A DNA stretch of 61,490 bases, counting the filler. It is 7 parts of 7 records of this genome, joined end to end, with 100 filler letters (N's around TTAATTAATTAA, not from the genome) between each part and the next. Parts side by side here need not be neighbours in the genome. Positions count along the whole stretch, not along the records: positions 35,601 to 44,061 come from SRR31156797_15918; positions 44,162 to 55,804 come from SRR31156797_15920; 5 more parts are not named here. One strand, 5' to 3'. The position numbers and the translations under genes were made by a program. The notes beneath the pieces were generated by a model that was not told the DNA's origin, made no database searches, and saw only the letters and a list, made by a program, of their open reading frames with translations. This document shows, one piece after another, positions 39,657 through 49,151 of the stretch (position 1 is its first letter; each line of letters opens with the position of its first letter).

Positions 39657-40682
39657 TTATTCACTATACTCAGCTTTAATTTTCAATATTTCATCAAGTG
39701 ATTCTTTAAAAACTTTTACCACACCTGGATCAAAATGCTCCCCGGCTTCCTCTTCAATTAATTTCACAGCTCTCTCTACTTCCCATGCTTCTTTATACGG
39801 TCTCTTAGAAGTTAGTGCGTCAAATACATCTGCTACAGCTGTTATTCTGGCAAATATACTTATCTCCTCACCTTTCAGACCTACTGGATAACCTTTTCCG
39901 TTCCATTTTTCATGATGTTCTCTAGCTATCATTGCAGCTGTATCAAGTAGCACTGTTTCTTCACCGCCTAATATTTTACCGCCAATCTCTGCATGAGTCT
40001 CCATAATCACACGCTCGTCTGGGTCTAAACGTCCCTTTTTCTTAAGTATATTATCAGGAATACCAATCTTTCCGATATCATGCATTGGCGCGGCATTTAG
40101 TAGCAGTTCTGCATCCTCATCAGGAATACCATAATTTTTGGCAATAAGTTGTGAGTATCTACTCATTCTGATAATATGCATTCCGGTTTCATTATCTTTA
40201 TACTCAGCAGCCAGACCTAGTTTTTTGATTATCTGTAATCTGGTTCTATTTATCTCTTCCGTTTGTTCTTTAACCTGTTTGGCTAATTCAGCTTTTTGAT
40301 TCGCCAGAAAAAGATGAGTTTTAACTCTCGCCTTTACCACTACAGGGCTAATTGGTTTAACTACATAATCCACTCCCCCTACTTCGAACCCTAAAACCTC
40401 ATCAAAATCCTGATCTTTTGCAGTTACAAACATTACCGGAATATTTTTAGTTACCGGATTTTCTTTTAGCTTCTTACACACATCATAACCGTTCATTTCA
40501 GGCATCATAATATCAAGTAAAATAAGATCTGGTTTGAATTTATCAGCTAATTTAAGCGCCATTTTTCCGTTCGTTGCAAACTTTATTTTATAATCATTTT
40601 TCAAAAGTCCATTCAAGACATCAATATTTGCTGTTGTATCGTCAACGATTAATATTGTTTCTCTAGTTCCGTTCTCTTTCAT
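39657..40682 (-). CDS. Response regulator with HD-GYP phosphodiesterase domain (RpfG-like)
   Basis: REC 'ILIVDD..LLDIMMP..KP'; 'ETGMH', 'MHDIGKIGIPD', 'HHEKWNGKGYP', 'ADVFDALTSKRPYK'. Confidence 0.95.
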   Translation of the reverse strand: MKENGTRETILIVDDTTANIDVLNGLLKNDYKIKFATNGKMALKLADKFKPDLILLDIMMPEMNGYDVCKKLKENPVTKNIPVMFVTAKDQDFDEVLGFEVGGVDYVVKPISPVVVKARVKTHLFLANQKAELAKQVKEQTEEINRTRLQIIKKLGLAAEYKDNETGMHIIRMSRYSQLIAKNYGIPDEDAELLLNAAPMHDIGKIGIPDNILKKKGRLDPDERVIMETHAEIGGKILGGEETVLLDTAAMIAREHHEKWNGKGYPVGLKGEEISIFARITAVADVFDALTSKRPYKEAWEVERAVKLIEEEAGEHFDPGVVKVFKESLDEILKIKAEYSE

Positions 40683-40706
40683 TCATTTCCCCCTTAAATG
40701 ATTTCC

Positions 40707-41654
40707 CTATTTTTTATTTATTTCAATAACAACTTTTTCCAATCTACTTACAATTTTCTGATTAAATTTATTACTATTAGCTTTTAACTCTTTAAATATA
40801 TCTGCATCATCTAATTTTCTAAACTGTCCTGTTACATAATGATTTACTATAACAAGTATCTGTGCTCCGATAACTTCTTCTTTGTCACTATCCAGCTCTC
40901 CCAATGGTTCCAGCTGATTCGCTATCATATCTGCAACTGATTCTAATCTTGGAATTTTAGATATCAGTTTAGCTCCCAATGAAGGATGAGTTGAGTAAAT
41001 CTTCTGACTCTCAAGGTCTACATCTTCGCCTTTTATCAATTTAAGAATAACTTCATCTGAGATAGAGAAACAACCCATATATGAAAGCATCGCAGCAAGC
41101 TCAAATTTCCACGCATGAGGCAATTTCCAACTTTTTAATAAAGCTCTAACCAAAACTTTTGCTTCTGTAGACAATCTTAGTATAGTAGGCTGAGTTGTTG
41201 CCAAAACTTCCAGCATCATCTGCACACTACCACTTAGAGTTTTTGAGAGAAGAACTTCTACTTCTTTTTTAGATGCTTTCAGCTCCAAATGAGTCTTAAC
41301 TCTAGCCTTTACTTCAGCAAGCTCAAAAGGTTTGGTTATATAATCAACCGCTCCCAAATTAAAACCTTTTTCTTTGTTATCTATCTCATCCATCGCAGTT
41401 TGAAATATTACAGGTAAGTCTTTATAGTGTGAATTCGCTCTAATTTTAGCAAGAGTTTCATATCCATCTAATTTCGGCATCATTACATCTAATAATATAA
41501 GATCAGGCTGGATTTTAGGCAGAACCTGCAGTGCCTTTTCCCCATCAAATACAGCAAAAATTTTGTATTCTTCCTTAAGTGCTGCCTTTAGAATATCTAT
41601 ATTACTCTTCTCATCATCTACTATAAGAATTTTGAATTTATTCTCTTTACTCAT
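40707..41654 (-). CDS. Response regulator with degenerate HD-GYP-like domain
   Basis: Intact REC ('ILIVDD', 'LLDVMMP', 'KP'); output domain has 'AAMLSYMG' in place of LHDIG, 'ANQLE' in place of HHE, and no GYP; start set at ATG (MSKENK) after GAGGGGG. Confidence 0.82.
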   Translation of the reverse strand: MSKENKFKILIVDDEKSNIDILKAALKEEYKIFAVFDGEKALQVLPKIQPDLILLDVMMPKLDGYETLAKIRANSHYKDLPVIFQTAMDEIDNKEKGFNLGAVDYITKPFELAEVKARVKTHLELKASKKEVEVLLSKTLSGSVQMMLEVLATTQPTILRLSTEAKVLVRALLKSWKLPHAWKFELAAMLSYMGCFSISDEVILKLIKGEDVDLESQKIYSTHPSLGAKLISKIPRLESVADMIANQLEPLGELDSDKEEVIGAQILVIVNHYVTGQFRKLDDADIFKELKANSNKFNQKIVSRLEKVVIEINKK

Positions 41655-42177
41655 AATAATCCCCCTCATAACAATAAATTTAACCAATATATAAATGTTC
41701 AATCAATTATCCTTTTTTCCTCTAATTTTATAGTTAATTGCATCACAAATCACTCTGGTTGTTTTTTTTAACAAACAAGACATTTTTTCTATGTTTTTTT
41801 CACATTTAATTTGTATCCTGCTTCATTTTTACCAGATTAACACTACCACCCTGTTTACTATTTTGTTTTTATAAAAAAATAAAATATAATTTATCAACTG
41901 AAAAAATATACAAAAAATTACTTTTCAACAAAATAACACAAGTTATCATATTGATTCTTTATGTCATTCACCATAAGCTACTATTTTCTTTACACCTAAT
42001 AATAAACAAACTTTTAAAAATGAAAAATGCATTTAAGAAGTTAAATTTGTCAAAACTTTTCTCGCTATCTTTTACGAAAAAAGTCACCGTCAATCGTTGC
42101 CACCTTTCTTACAATTCAGCTCATAGTATGAGTTTTGATTTGAAGAAGCAACATGTTTAAAATTTAGGGAGTTAAAT

Positions 42178-43110
42178 ATGAGTCGTATGAAAATTTCAGT
42201 TTCAACAATTTTTGCAATCTTATTTATGCTAATCGGAAGCTTAAACATCATTTATATACACAAAACTTCAAAACTTCCAGTATCAGCTTTTAAATGGATG
42301 AGCAAAAATAGCGAATTACCTGCTGATGATATATTTAAGAACAAGCATGATTTGCAATGGTGGTATTGGACAGGACATCTGGAAACAGTCGAAGAGGAAG
42401 AAAAAAAGGAGTTTAGTTTCGAATTAATTTTTTTTACATCAAATAGTTTAGGAATATTCAAACATCAACTGGCACATGCTGCTATTATAGATATGTCGGG
42501 AAATAAGCATCATTATAGAAAAGAAGTTGACTTTTTAAACTTAATAAAAAAAATCCGGCGTGGATTCAATTTATCAATTAATAAAAATAGTGAAATTGTA
42601 ATGTCAGCAAAAGGAGAAAATGATGAAAACGAAATATATGCCGAGATAAACAACTTTATATTTGAACTGGAATTTGAAGAGATGGATTTGCCAGTTATTT
42701 ACAGCAGCGGAGAAAAACGCAGTAACTCACTCGGTGCTTATACTTATTATTATTCCAGAAAAAAAATGGAAGCATCAGGACATATAGAAATAGATGGCAA
42801 AGAATACGAGGTAGAAGGATTCGCATGTTTCGATAAACAATATGGTAATTTTTACTCTACCATCTTTAAAGGCTGTCAGTGGTTTGCACTTACAATGTGT
42901 AAGGGATCTAATAATTTATTAGATGATTTTTTAAATAAATACAAAGAAGAGAAATATAAAATAAATGAAACAAACTCACTAATACTAGGCAATTATAATA
43001 TGAAAAATTCTGAAATCTGTTTTAATCAAACTCTCTCTACAGAAAAGTATTGGAGAAAACACAAGAAGCTGATCTTTCGACCAGCCTCTTCCGTTCCTTT
43101 ATTTTCCTAA
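42178..43110 (+). CDS. AttH/CrtC-like lipocalin-domain protein, degenerate and probably C-terminally truncated
   Basis: N-terminal TM/signal; 'HDLQWWYWTGHL', 'LAHAAIID', 'YYYSR', 'VEGFACFDKQYG', 'QWFAL'; 3' end overlaps a convergent gene. Confidence 0.65.
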   Translation: MSRMKISVSTIFAILFMLIGSLNIIYIHKTSKLPVSAFKWMSKNSELPADDIFKNKHDLQWWYWTGHLETVEEEEKKEFSFELIFFTSNSLGIFKHQLAHAAIIDMSGNKHHYRKEVDFLNLIKKIRRGFNLSINKNSEIVMSAKGENDENEIYAEINNFIFELEFEEMDLPVIYSSGEKRSNSLGAYTYYYSRKKMEASGHIEIDGKEYEVEGFACFDKQYGNFYSTIFKGCQWFALTMCKGSNNLLDDFLNKYKEEKYKINETNSLILGNYNMKNSEICFNQTLSTEKYWRKHKKLIFRPASSVPLFS

Positions 43111-43308
43111 TATTTTTCTTAGCATATTCTCAGAAATTCTATTTGATGCAACGATATATTCTGACAAACATTCTACACAATTCTCACTGCTCTCAATTTC
43201 TCCATATGGACAATATCTACCATAAGGACAGAAATTCCCTTCAGCAAATATCTCCAAAATCACAAAATAGATGTCTTGTAACTCTTTATTATTCATAGTT
43301 ATACCCAA
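43099..43308 (-). CDS. Small Cys-rich hypothetical protein
   Basis: 65-69 aa with CPYGRYCPYG...CVEC; start overlaps or directly follows the HTH gene stop. Confidence 0.55.
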   Translation of the reverse strand: MGITMNNKELQDIYFVILEIFAEGNFCPYGRYCPYGEIESSENCVECLSEYIVASNRISENMLRKILGK

Positions 43309-43619
43309 GATTCTGCATCTTCGAAAAACACATATGAATTATTTAGTTTGGCAAAATTTTTCCAAAGGTCAGTGGCATCGACATAACCAATTAATGCGTA
43401 AAGCATCAAATAGTGAATTCCAAGTATTTCACCAATTTTCATTAAGACTTTTGGATTGATATTCGCTAAACTTCCCTTTTCCAGTGCTTTGATATAAATT
43501 CTGTTTACGCCCACATTATTAGCTAGTTCAGTAATTGTCATTTCGCGCATTCTTCTGCGTCTGTTTAACTGAAATCCTAAATTTTCCCTCTGCTCCATAC
43601 TAATAGTAAAACCCGTCAT
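43299..43619 (-). CDS. XRE/HTH_3 family helix-turn-helix protein
   Basis: 'LG..L.RRRRMREMTITELANNVGVNRIYIKALEKG..NP.VLMKIGEILGI'; strong RBS GGGAGGT. Confidence 0.85.
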   Translation of the reverse strand: MTGFTISMEQRENLGFQLNRRRRMREMTITELANNVGVNRIYIKALEKGSLANINPKVLMKIGEILGIHYLMLYALIGYVDATDLWKNFAKLNNSYVFFEDAESWV

Positions 43620-43784
43620 AAATATTACCTCCCGCTATTTTATTTGCCCCTGTTATTTACGGGAAATTGCCATATCACTATTTCAACTGATTGATTGTTA
43701 GATTGCTCTTTGATTACATATCAGATTATCTCTACAAACAATTTTTATCTTTTTTAATTTTTTGAAGATATAAAAATAAATCAT

Positions 43785-43815
43785 AAAAATAGCCGAGTAC
43801 CAGACAGCACTCGAC
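43785..43815 (-). terminator. Terminator/attenuator hairpin upstream of the HTH gene
   Basis: Minus strand GUCGAGUGC-UGUCUG-GUACUCGGC-UAUUUUU; two G-U pairs exist only on the minus strand. Confidence 0.7.
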
Positions 43816-43849
43816 CATATATATCAACTATTAACAATCATAATTAACC

Positions 43850-43988
43850 GTTATTTTCGTACTACAAAAGAGCTCCCTAACTCGCTTGCCCGCGAAATAG
43901 AAATTTGTAGAAAATAACAGATATTCTCCACAACAAAATCAGTGTTTCACAAAAGCTGAAACTCCTTGCCGGGAGTTACAAAACTGAT
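43850..43988 (-). repeat. Two homologous stem-loops with NGGCAA loops, 80 nt apart
   Basis: Minus strand UCGC-GGGCAA-GCGA and AACUCC-CGGCAA-GGAGUU, each followed by AGCU(CU)UUUGU and enclosed by a basal stem. Confidence 0.6.
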
Positions 43989-44061
43989 ATTTCTGATCTA
44001 ATAATAAAATTATCAGTCAAAATAACTGTCCTCACTTTTCAAAACAACATCGTTGTGCTAT

Positions 44062-44161
44062 NNNNNNNNNNNNNNNNNNNNNNNNNNNNNNNNNNNNNNN
44101 NNNNNTTAATTAATTAANNNNNNNNNNNNNNNNNNNNNNNNNNNNNNNNNNNNNNNNNNNN
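44062..44161. other. Artificial contig spacer
   Basis: N44-TTAATTAATTAA-N44. Confidence 0.99.
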
Positions 44162-44709
44162 TTTAACAAAAAAAAACGTTAAATGTTGCAGTTTTTTTAA
44201 AGATTTTTTTATTTACGAGGCTAAATATATAGATAATTAGATGTGGTAGATTATTTCACAGCTAATATAGAATGATTATAAAAAAGTAAAGAAACTAAGC
44301 TTCGAATTTATAGAAATTGAGTTTCATTTAAACATATTAACCAGGTTTTAGAACCCTGTTTTAATCAAACGATTTGATAATAATTGTTTTTCTTCAATAA
44401 TTAATATTATTACTTTTTTCTTTGAATTGAATGCTGCTAAATCGAAAATACTGTTTCATTCTAACCACAGCGCAATAATTACAAAGAATTAAATCCCCGA
44501 TTTTTATCATCTTCTAAAATTTTCCCAGAAACATTGAAGTTGGCAAATCATATGGGAAAATAAATAGTGAAAGTTATTGTGATTGTAGTAAACAGTGTTT
44601 CGATTACCGATTATATTTTCAGAATTAATTTAATTATAAAACAAAAAATAAGGTGTTTAATTTGCCTGCGCAGTTTAAATACCTTAAAAATGAAGTTCGG
44701 TTATGCCGT

Positions 44710-46035
44710 TTATTTTAATTCAATTAATAAAATCGTATCCACGTTATCTTGCTTTTCTTTTGGGATATTTAAAAGCACTCCAAATTCGGTTTCTTTAAAA
44801 GAAACTTTTTCTGTACTATCGAAATAGGAAGCAGTTTTAATTTTTGAAGGAAGATTTGGAATAAGTAAATTTTCGTCCTTCATGTCCAGCAAATGAATGA
44901 ATAGCTTTCCATCTTTTGAAACTGTTGTCGCTCCCCAGTCCTGTGGACGAATTGGCCCTTTTCGTGTATTATAAATTGTTTCGCCATATTTCTCCAGCCA
45001 TTTGCCCATTACCATTAAAGTATCGATATTTTCAGGTTGAATTTTCCCGTTTGGCATTGGCCCGGTATTTAATAATAGATTAGCTCCGTAACCGGCAGCT
45101 TTTACCATTGTTTGAATCAATTGTTTTGATGATTTGTACTCTTGGTCTTTTATGTTAAAACCCCACGAACCATTCATTGTTTCGCACATTTCCAGCGGCA
45201 ATTCCGAGATTGTTCCTGTTTGGTTAAATCCCATGGAATTTTCACCGGGTAAGTCGCGTTCAAACATTTGAAAATCTTCTCCCGGAAAAGGTGCTTTATG
45301 GTGATTGCTTCCAATTAAAGTGCCGGGTTGAAGTTTATGAATCAAAGAATAAGTTTTATCGAGTTGCCAGTCGGCTTCCCACTGGTCCCACATTCCGTCG
45401 AACCAAATTCCGCCAATGTCGCCATAATTGGTAAGTAATTCGGTTAACTGAGTGTTCATGTAGTTAATGTAATTATCCCAATTTCCACTTTCTGGCCGCC
45501 CGGTAAAATCTTGTCCGGTTCTTCCCCGTGGATAATAGTCGGGGTGATGCCAGTCGAGTTGCGAATGGTAAAAAAATAGTTTTATGCCCTGTTTGTCGCA
45601 TTCATCTTTTAACATTTTTAGAATGTCTTTTTTGTAGGGAGAGCGATCTACCACATTATAATCGCTGATTTCAGAGTCGTACATGGCAAAACCATCGTGG
45701 TGTTTACTGGTAATTGTAATGTATTTCATTCCTGCTTTTTTTACCATCGAAACCCATTCGGATGGATCAAAATCTACCGGATTAAAAAATGAAGGAAGTT
45801 TTTCGTATTGTTTAATTGGAATTTGTTTTTGGTTCATTATCCATTCTGCAATTCCCATATCGCCACCACCTGCCATAACTGAATAAACTCCCCAATGAAT
45901 AAACAGCCCGAATTTGGCATCCTGAAACCATTCGCGGTTTTTCATGTTTTCTTTGGTTGGTTGATAGTCGGATTGCGCATAAATACTATTTCCGAGAAAT
46001 AGAATGAAGAAAAGGAGGCATATTTTGTTTTTCAT
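44710..46035 (-). CDS. Alpha-L-fucosidase (GH29)
   Basis: Signal peptide; 'WFQDAKFGLFIHWG', 'AGMKY...KHHDGF', nucleophile 'WFDG', 'GANLLLN.GP'. Confidence 0.95.
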   Translation of the reverse strand: MKNKICLLFFILFLGNSIYAQSDYQPTKENMKNREWFQDAKFGLFIHWGVYSVMAGGGDMGIAEWIMNQKQIPIKQYEKLPSFFNPVDFDPSEWVSMVKKAGMKYITITSKHHDGFAMYDSEISDYNVVDRSPYKKDILKMLKDECDKQGIKLFFYHSQLDWHHPDYYPRGRTGQDFTGRPESGNWDNYINYMNTQLTELLTNYGDIGGIWFDGMWDQWEADWQLDKTYSLIHKLQPGTLIGSNHHKAPFPGEDFQMFERDLPGENSMGFNQTGTISELPLEMCETMNGSWGFNIKDQEYKSSKQLIQTMVKAAGYGANLLLNTGPMPNGKIQPENIDTLMVMGKWLEKYGETIYNTRKGPIRPQDWGATTVSKDGKLFIHLLDMKDENLLIPNLPSKIKTASYFDSTEKVSFKETEFGVLLNIPKEKQDNVDTILLIELK

Positions 46036-46298
46036 AAGTTTAATAATTTAATAGGTTTAGCGACAGATTATGAAGCCAAATTACAAATATCCCGGTTTAG
46101 ATAAAATATGTTTCTTGACAAGGACAGGTTCAGCATAGTACAGCACAGTGTTTAGCAAATCTGATTATCGGGGAATAGAACTGCTGTATCTTTTTGAATA
46201 TTCTTTTTCGCAATAAATTTTATGCCATTTAAAATCGGAGCAAATAATTTTATGAAACTTAGCATTTTGTTATCTTGCCAGCTTTATAACCTTTACCA

Positions 46299-48995
46299 AT
46301 GAAAAAGATCTTTCCTTTTTTGATACTTTCTTTGATTGTATTATCGTGCAGTAAAACATCGAAACAATTTGATGTAGTAAAATTGAAGTGTGAATATCTT
46401 CAAAATCCTATTGGAATTGACACAGAAAATCCCAGGTTTTCATGGCAGGTTAATACCGAAATACAGGGAATTGAGCAAAAAGCGTATGAAATATTTGTTG
46501 CCACCGATTCCTTAAAATTAGAAAATAACGAGGCCGATATTTGGGAGTCGGGAAAACTAAATTCAGCAACTATTCCTGCCGTATATAACGGGCCGGATCT
46601 TCAACCATTTACCCGTTATTACTGGAGGGTGAAAATCAAAACAGAAGAAAATGGTTGGTCAGCGTTTTCGAAAGTTGCCAGTTTCGAAACCGGTATGATG
46701 AATCAAAAAAACTGGGAAAGTGAATGGATAACCGATTCACATGATTACAATATAAAACCGGCTCCTTATTTTCGAGAGGAATTCAGTGTTCAGAAAAAGA
46801 TAAAATCGGTGCGTGCATATATTGCCGTAGCCGGATTGTACGAACTTTATTTAAATGGCGAAAAGGTAGGAAACCACCGGCTCGATCCGATGTACACCCG
46901 TTTCGATCGCCGAACACTTTACGTTACATACGATGTGACAAAACATGTTTTGGAAGGTGAAAATGCAATTGGCGTTCTACTTGGAAATGGTTGGTATAAT
47001 CATCAGTCGACAGCAGTTTGGTATTTCGATAAAGCCCCCTGGCGTGCGCGGCCAAAATTTTGTATGGATGTTCGTATTATTTATGAGGATGGTACAAAAG
47101 AAATTATAAAAACGAACCAGAATTGGAAAACTGCACTTTCGCCGGTTATTTTTAATAGCATATATACTGCAGAACATTACGACGCACAGTTGGAACAGCC
47201 GGGTTGGGACAGCCCTGGTTTTGATGATTCGAATTGGAATAATTCGATGAACACCAGTGCACCTTCAAAAAATATTACTGCACAGGTTTTACATCCTGTT
47301 CGCAATGTAAAAACTATTTCAGCGGGAAAAGTTGTGAAGTTTAACGATAAAAATTATGTTTTCGATTTTAGACGAAATATATCAGGCGTAACAAAATTGC
47401 AGATTCAAGGAGAAAGAGGAACTACCGTTTATTTAAAACATGCCGAGCGATTGTATGAAAACGGACATGTTGATATGTCGAATATAGATGTTCATTACCG
47501 GCCGACAGATGATTCAGATCCCTTTCAAATTGATGTTGTGATTCTTAGCGGGAATTTGGACGAATTTATGCCAAAGTTTAATTATAAAGGGTTTCAGTAT
47601 GTAGAAGTAATTTCGGATAACCCAATTGAGATTTCGGAAGATAATTTAACGGCATATTTTATGCACAGCGATGTTCCTCCGGTTGGTGAGATTTCTTCAT
47701 CGAATGAAACTTTAAATAAAACCTGGCAGGCTGCAAATGCATCATATCTTTCAAACTTATTTGGATATCCAACCGATTGTCCGCAACGCGAAAAAAACGG
47801 TTGGACCGGCGATGCACATATAAACATTGAAACTGGTTTGTACAACTTCGATGCAATTACAATTTATGAAAAATGGATGGCCGATCACCGCGATGAACAG
47901 TTACAAAACGGAGTAATTCCATCGATTATTCCAACCGGTGGCTGGGGGTATACATGGGGAAACGGACCCGACTGGACCAGTACAATTGCCATAATTCCCT
48001 GGAATATTTACCTGTTTTACGGCGATATAAAAATTTTAGAGGATTGCTATGATAATATTAAAAGGTATGTCGATCATATTAATGAATTATATCCCGATGG
48101 AATAACAGATTGGGGATTGGGCGACTGGGTACCTGTTAAATCGGTTACACCAAAAGAGTTTACTTCAACAGCCTATTATTATGTGGATGCAACTATTCTG
48201 GCAAAAACAGCCCGGATTTTAGGGAAACAATCCGATGCAGAAAAGTATTTTGCATTGGCTGAAAAAATAAAGAATGCATTGAATAAAAAATACCTGAATC
48301 GTGAAACCGGGATTTATGGAAGCGGACTGCAAACTGAATTAAGTGTTCCCCTTCAATGGAATTTGGTGCCTGAAGAAATGATAGAAAAAGTAGCAACAAA
48401 CCTGGCAAAAAGGGTAGAAACAGATAATAAACATATTGATGTGGGATTGTTGGGGACAAAGGCCATTTTAAATGCATTAAGTGAAAATGGATTTGCCGAT
48501 TTGGCGTATGAAGTGGCAGCGCAGGAAACATTTCCTTCGTGGGGGTGGTGGATTAAAAACGGAGCAACTACTTTTTACGAAAACTGGCCGCTCGACGCTG
48601 CAAGCGATATTTCAATGAATCACATTATGTTTGGAGAAATTAATGCCTGGTATTACAAAGCATTGGGCGGAATATTTCCCGATGAGGAAAATCCCGGATT
48701 TAAAAATGTAATTCTTAAACCTAATTTTGTATTCGGACTAAATTCGTTCGAAGCAAAATATAAAAGTTTGTATGGAACAATTATTTCTTCGTGGGAAAAA
48801 TCAAATACAGAAATAATTTATAATGTATCAATTCCGGCAAACAGCAGTGCAACTTTATTCCTCGATACGAATGAAATTAAAGAAAGCGGCAATATTCTGA
48901 ATGAAAACAGAAATATTAAAATTGTTGAAAAGAGAAACAATAAAAATGTGTTGAAGTTGAAATCCGGGAAATATACGTTCTCAATCAAACAGTAA
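46299..48995 (+). CDS. Alpha-L-rhamnosidase family (GH78) lipoprotein
   Basis: Lipobox 'VLSC'; 'PRFSW', 'YVTYDVT', 'PTDCPQREKNGWTGDA', 'GLGDW', 'GATT.YENW', 'SMNHIMFG'. Confidence 0.93.
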   Translation: MKKIFPFLILSLIVLSCSKTSKQFDVVKLKCEYLQNPIGIDTENPRFSWQVNTEIQGIEQKAYEIFVATDSLKLENNEADIWESGKLNSATIPAVYNGPDLQPFTRYYWRVKIKTEENGWSAFSKVASFETGMMNQKNWESEWITDSHDYNIKPAPYFREEFSVQKKIKSVRAYIAVAGLYELYLNGEKVGNHRLDPMYTRFDRRTLYVTYDVTKHVLEGENAIGVLLGNGWYNHQSTAVWYFDKAPWRARPKFCMDVRIIYEDGTKEIIKTNQNWKTALSPVIFNSIYTAEHYDAQLEQPGWDSPGFDDSNWNNSMNTSAPSKNITAQVLHPVRNVKTISAGKVVKFNDKNYVFDFRRNISGVTKLQIQGERGTTVYLKHAERLYENGHVDMSNIDVHYRPTDDSDPFQIDVVILSGNLDEFMPKFNYKGFQYVEVISDNPIEISEDNLTAYFMHSDVPPVGEISSSNETLNKTWQAANASYLSNLFGYPTDCPQREKNGWTGDAHINIETGLYNFDAITIYEKWMADHRDEQLQNGVIPSIIPTGGWGYTWGNGPDWTSTIAIIPWNIYLFYGDIKILEDCYDNIKRYVDHINELYPDGITDWGLGDWVPVKSVTPKEFTSTAYYYVDATILAKTARILGKQSDAEKYFALAEKIKNALNKKYLNRETGIYGSGLQTELSVPLQWNLVPEEMIEKVATNLAKRVETDNKHIDVGLLGTKAILNALSENGFADLAYEVAAQETFPSWGWWIKNGATTFYENWPLDAASDISMNHIMFGEINAWYYKALGGIFPDEENPGFKNVILKPNFVFGLNSFEAKYKSLYGTIISSWEKSNTEIIYNVSIPANSSATLFLDTNEIKESGNILNENRNIKIVEKRNNKNVLKLKSGKYTFSIKQ

Positions 48996-49151
48996 ATTTG
49001 TTTTTGTTGATTCAAATAAAGAATTGCTATTTGAAATTGAACAGGAAATATTTAATGATATTTGTTCTGGTCGTTTTGGCTGATTATGTGAGTTTAATAA
49101 AATCTGAACATCCGATAATACGAAAAGTAATTTGAATAATTGGGTGAGTTG

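Noticed and set aside
41951..42160. 69-aa ORF upstream of the AttH-like gene
   Set aside because: TTG start without RBS in AT-rich promoter DNA; no recognisable features
43850..43988. c-di-GMP-I or c-di-GMP-II riboswitch (GGCAA/GGGCA words, HD-GYP genes on the same contig)
   Set aside because: No GAAA tetraloop/GCAAA arrangement of class I; no GAAAC, kink-turn or GUGCAACCG of class II
43850..43988. CRISPR mini-array
   Set aside because: Only two degenerate units, with structural rather than sequence conservation, and no cas genes
44162..44700. About 550 bp of non-coding DNA at the start of contig 6
   Set aside because: Very AT-rich; only a weak terminator-like hairpin (about 44650-44685) and short inverted repeats; probably the promoter region of a gene beyond the edge
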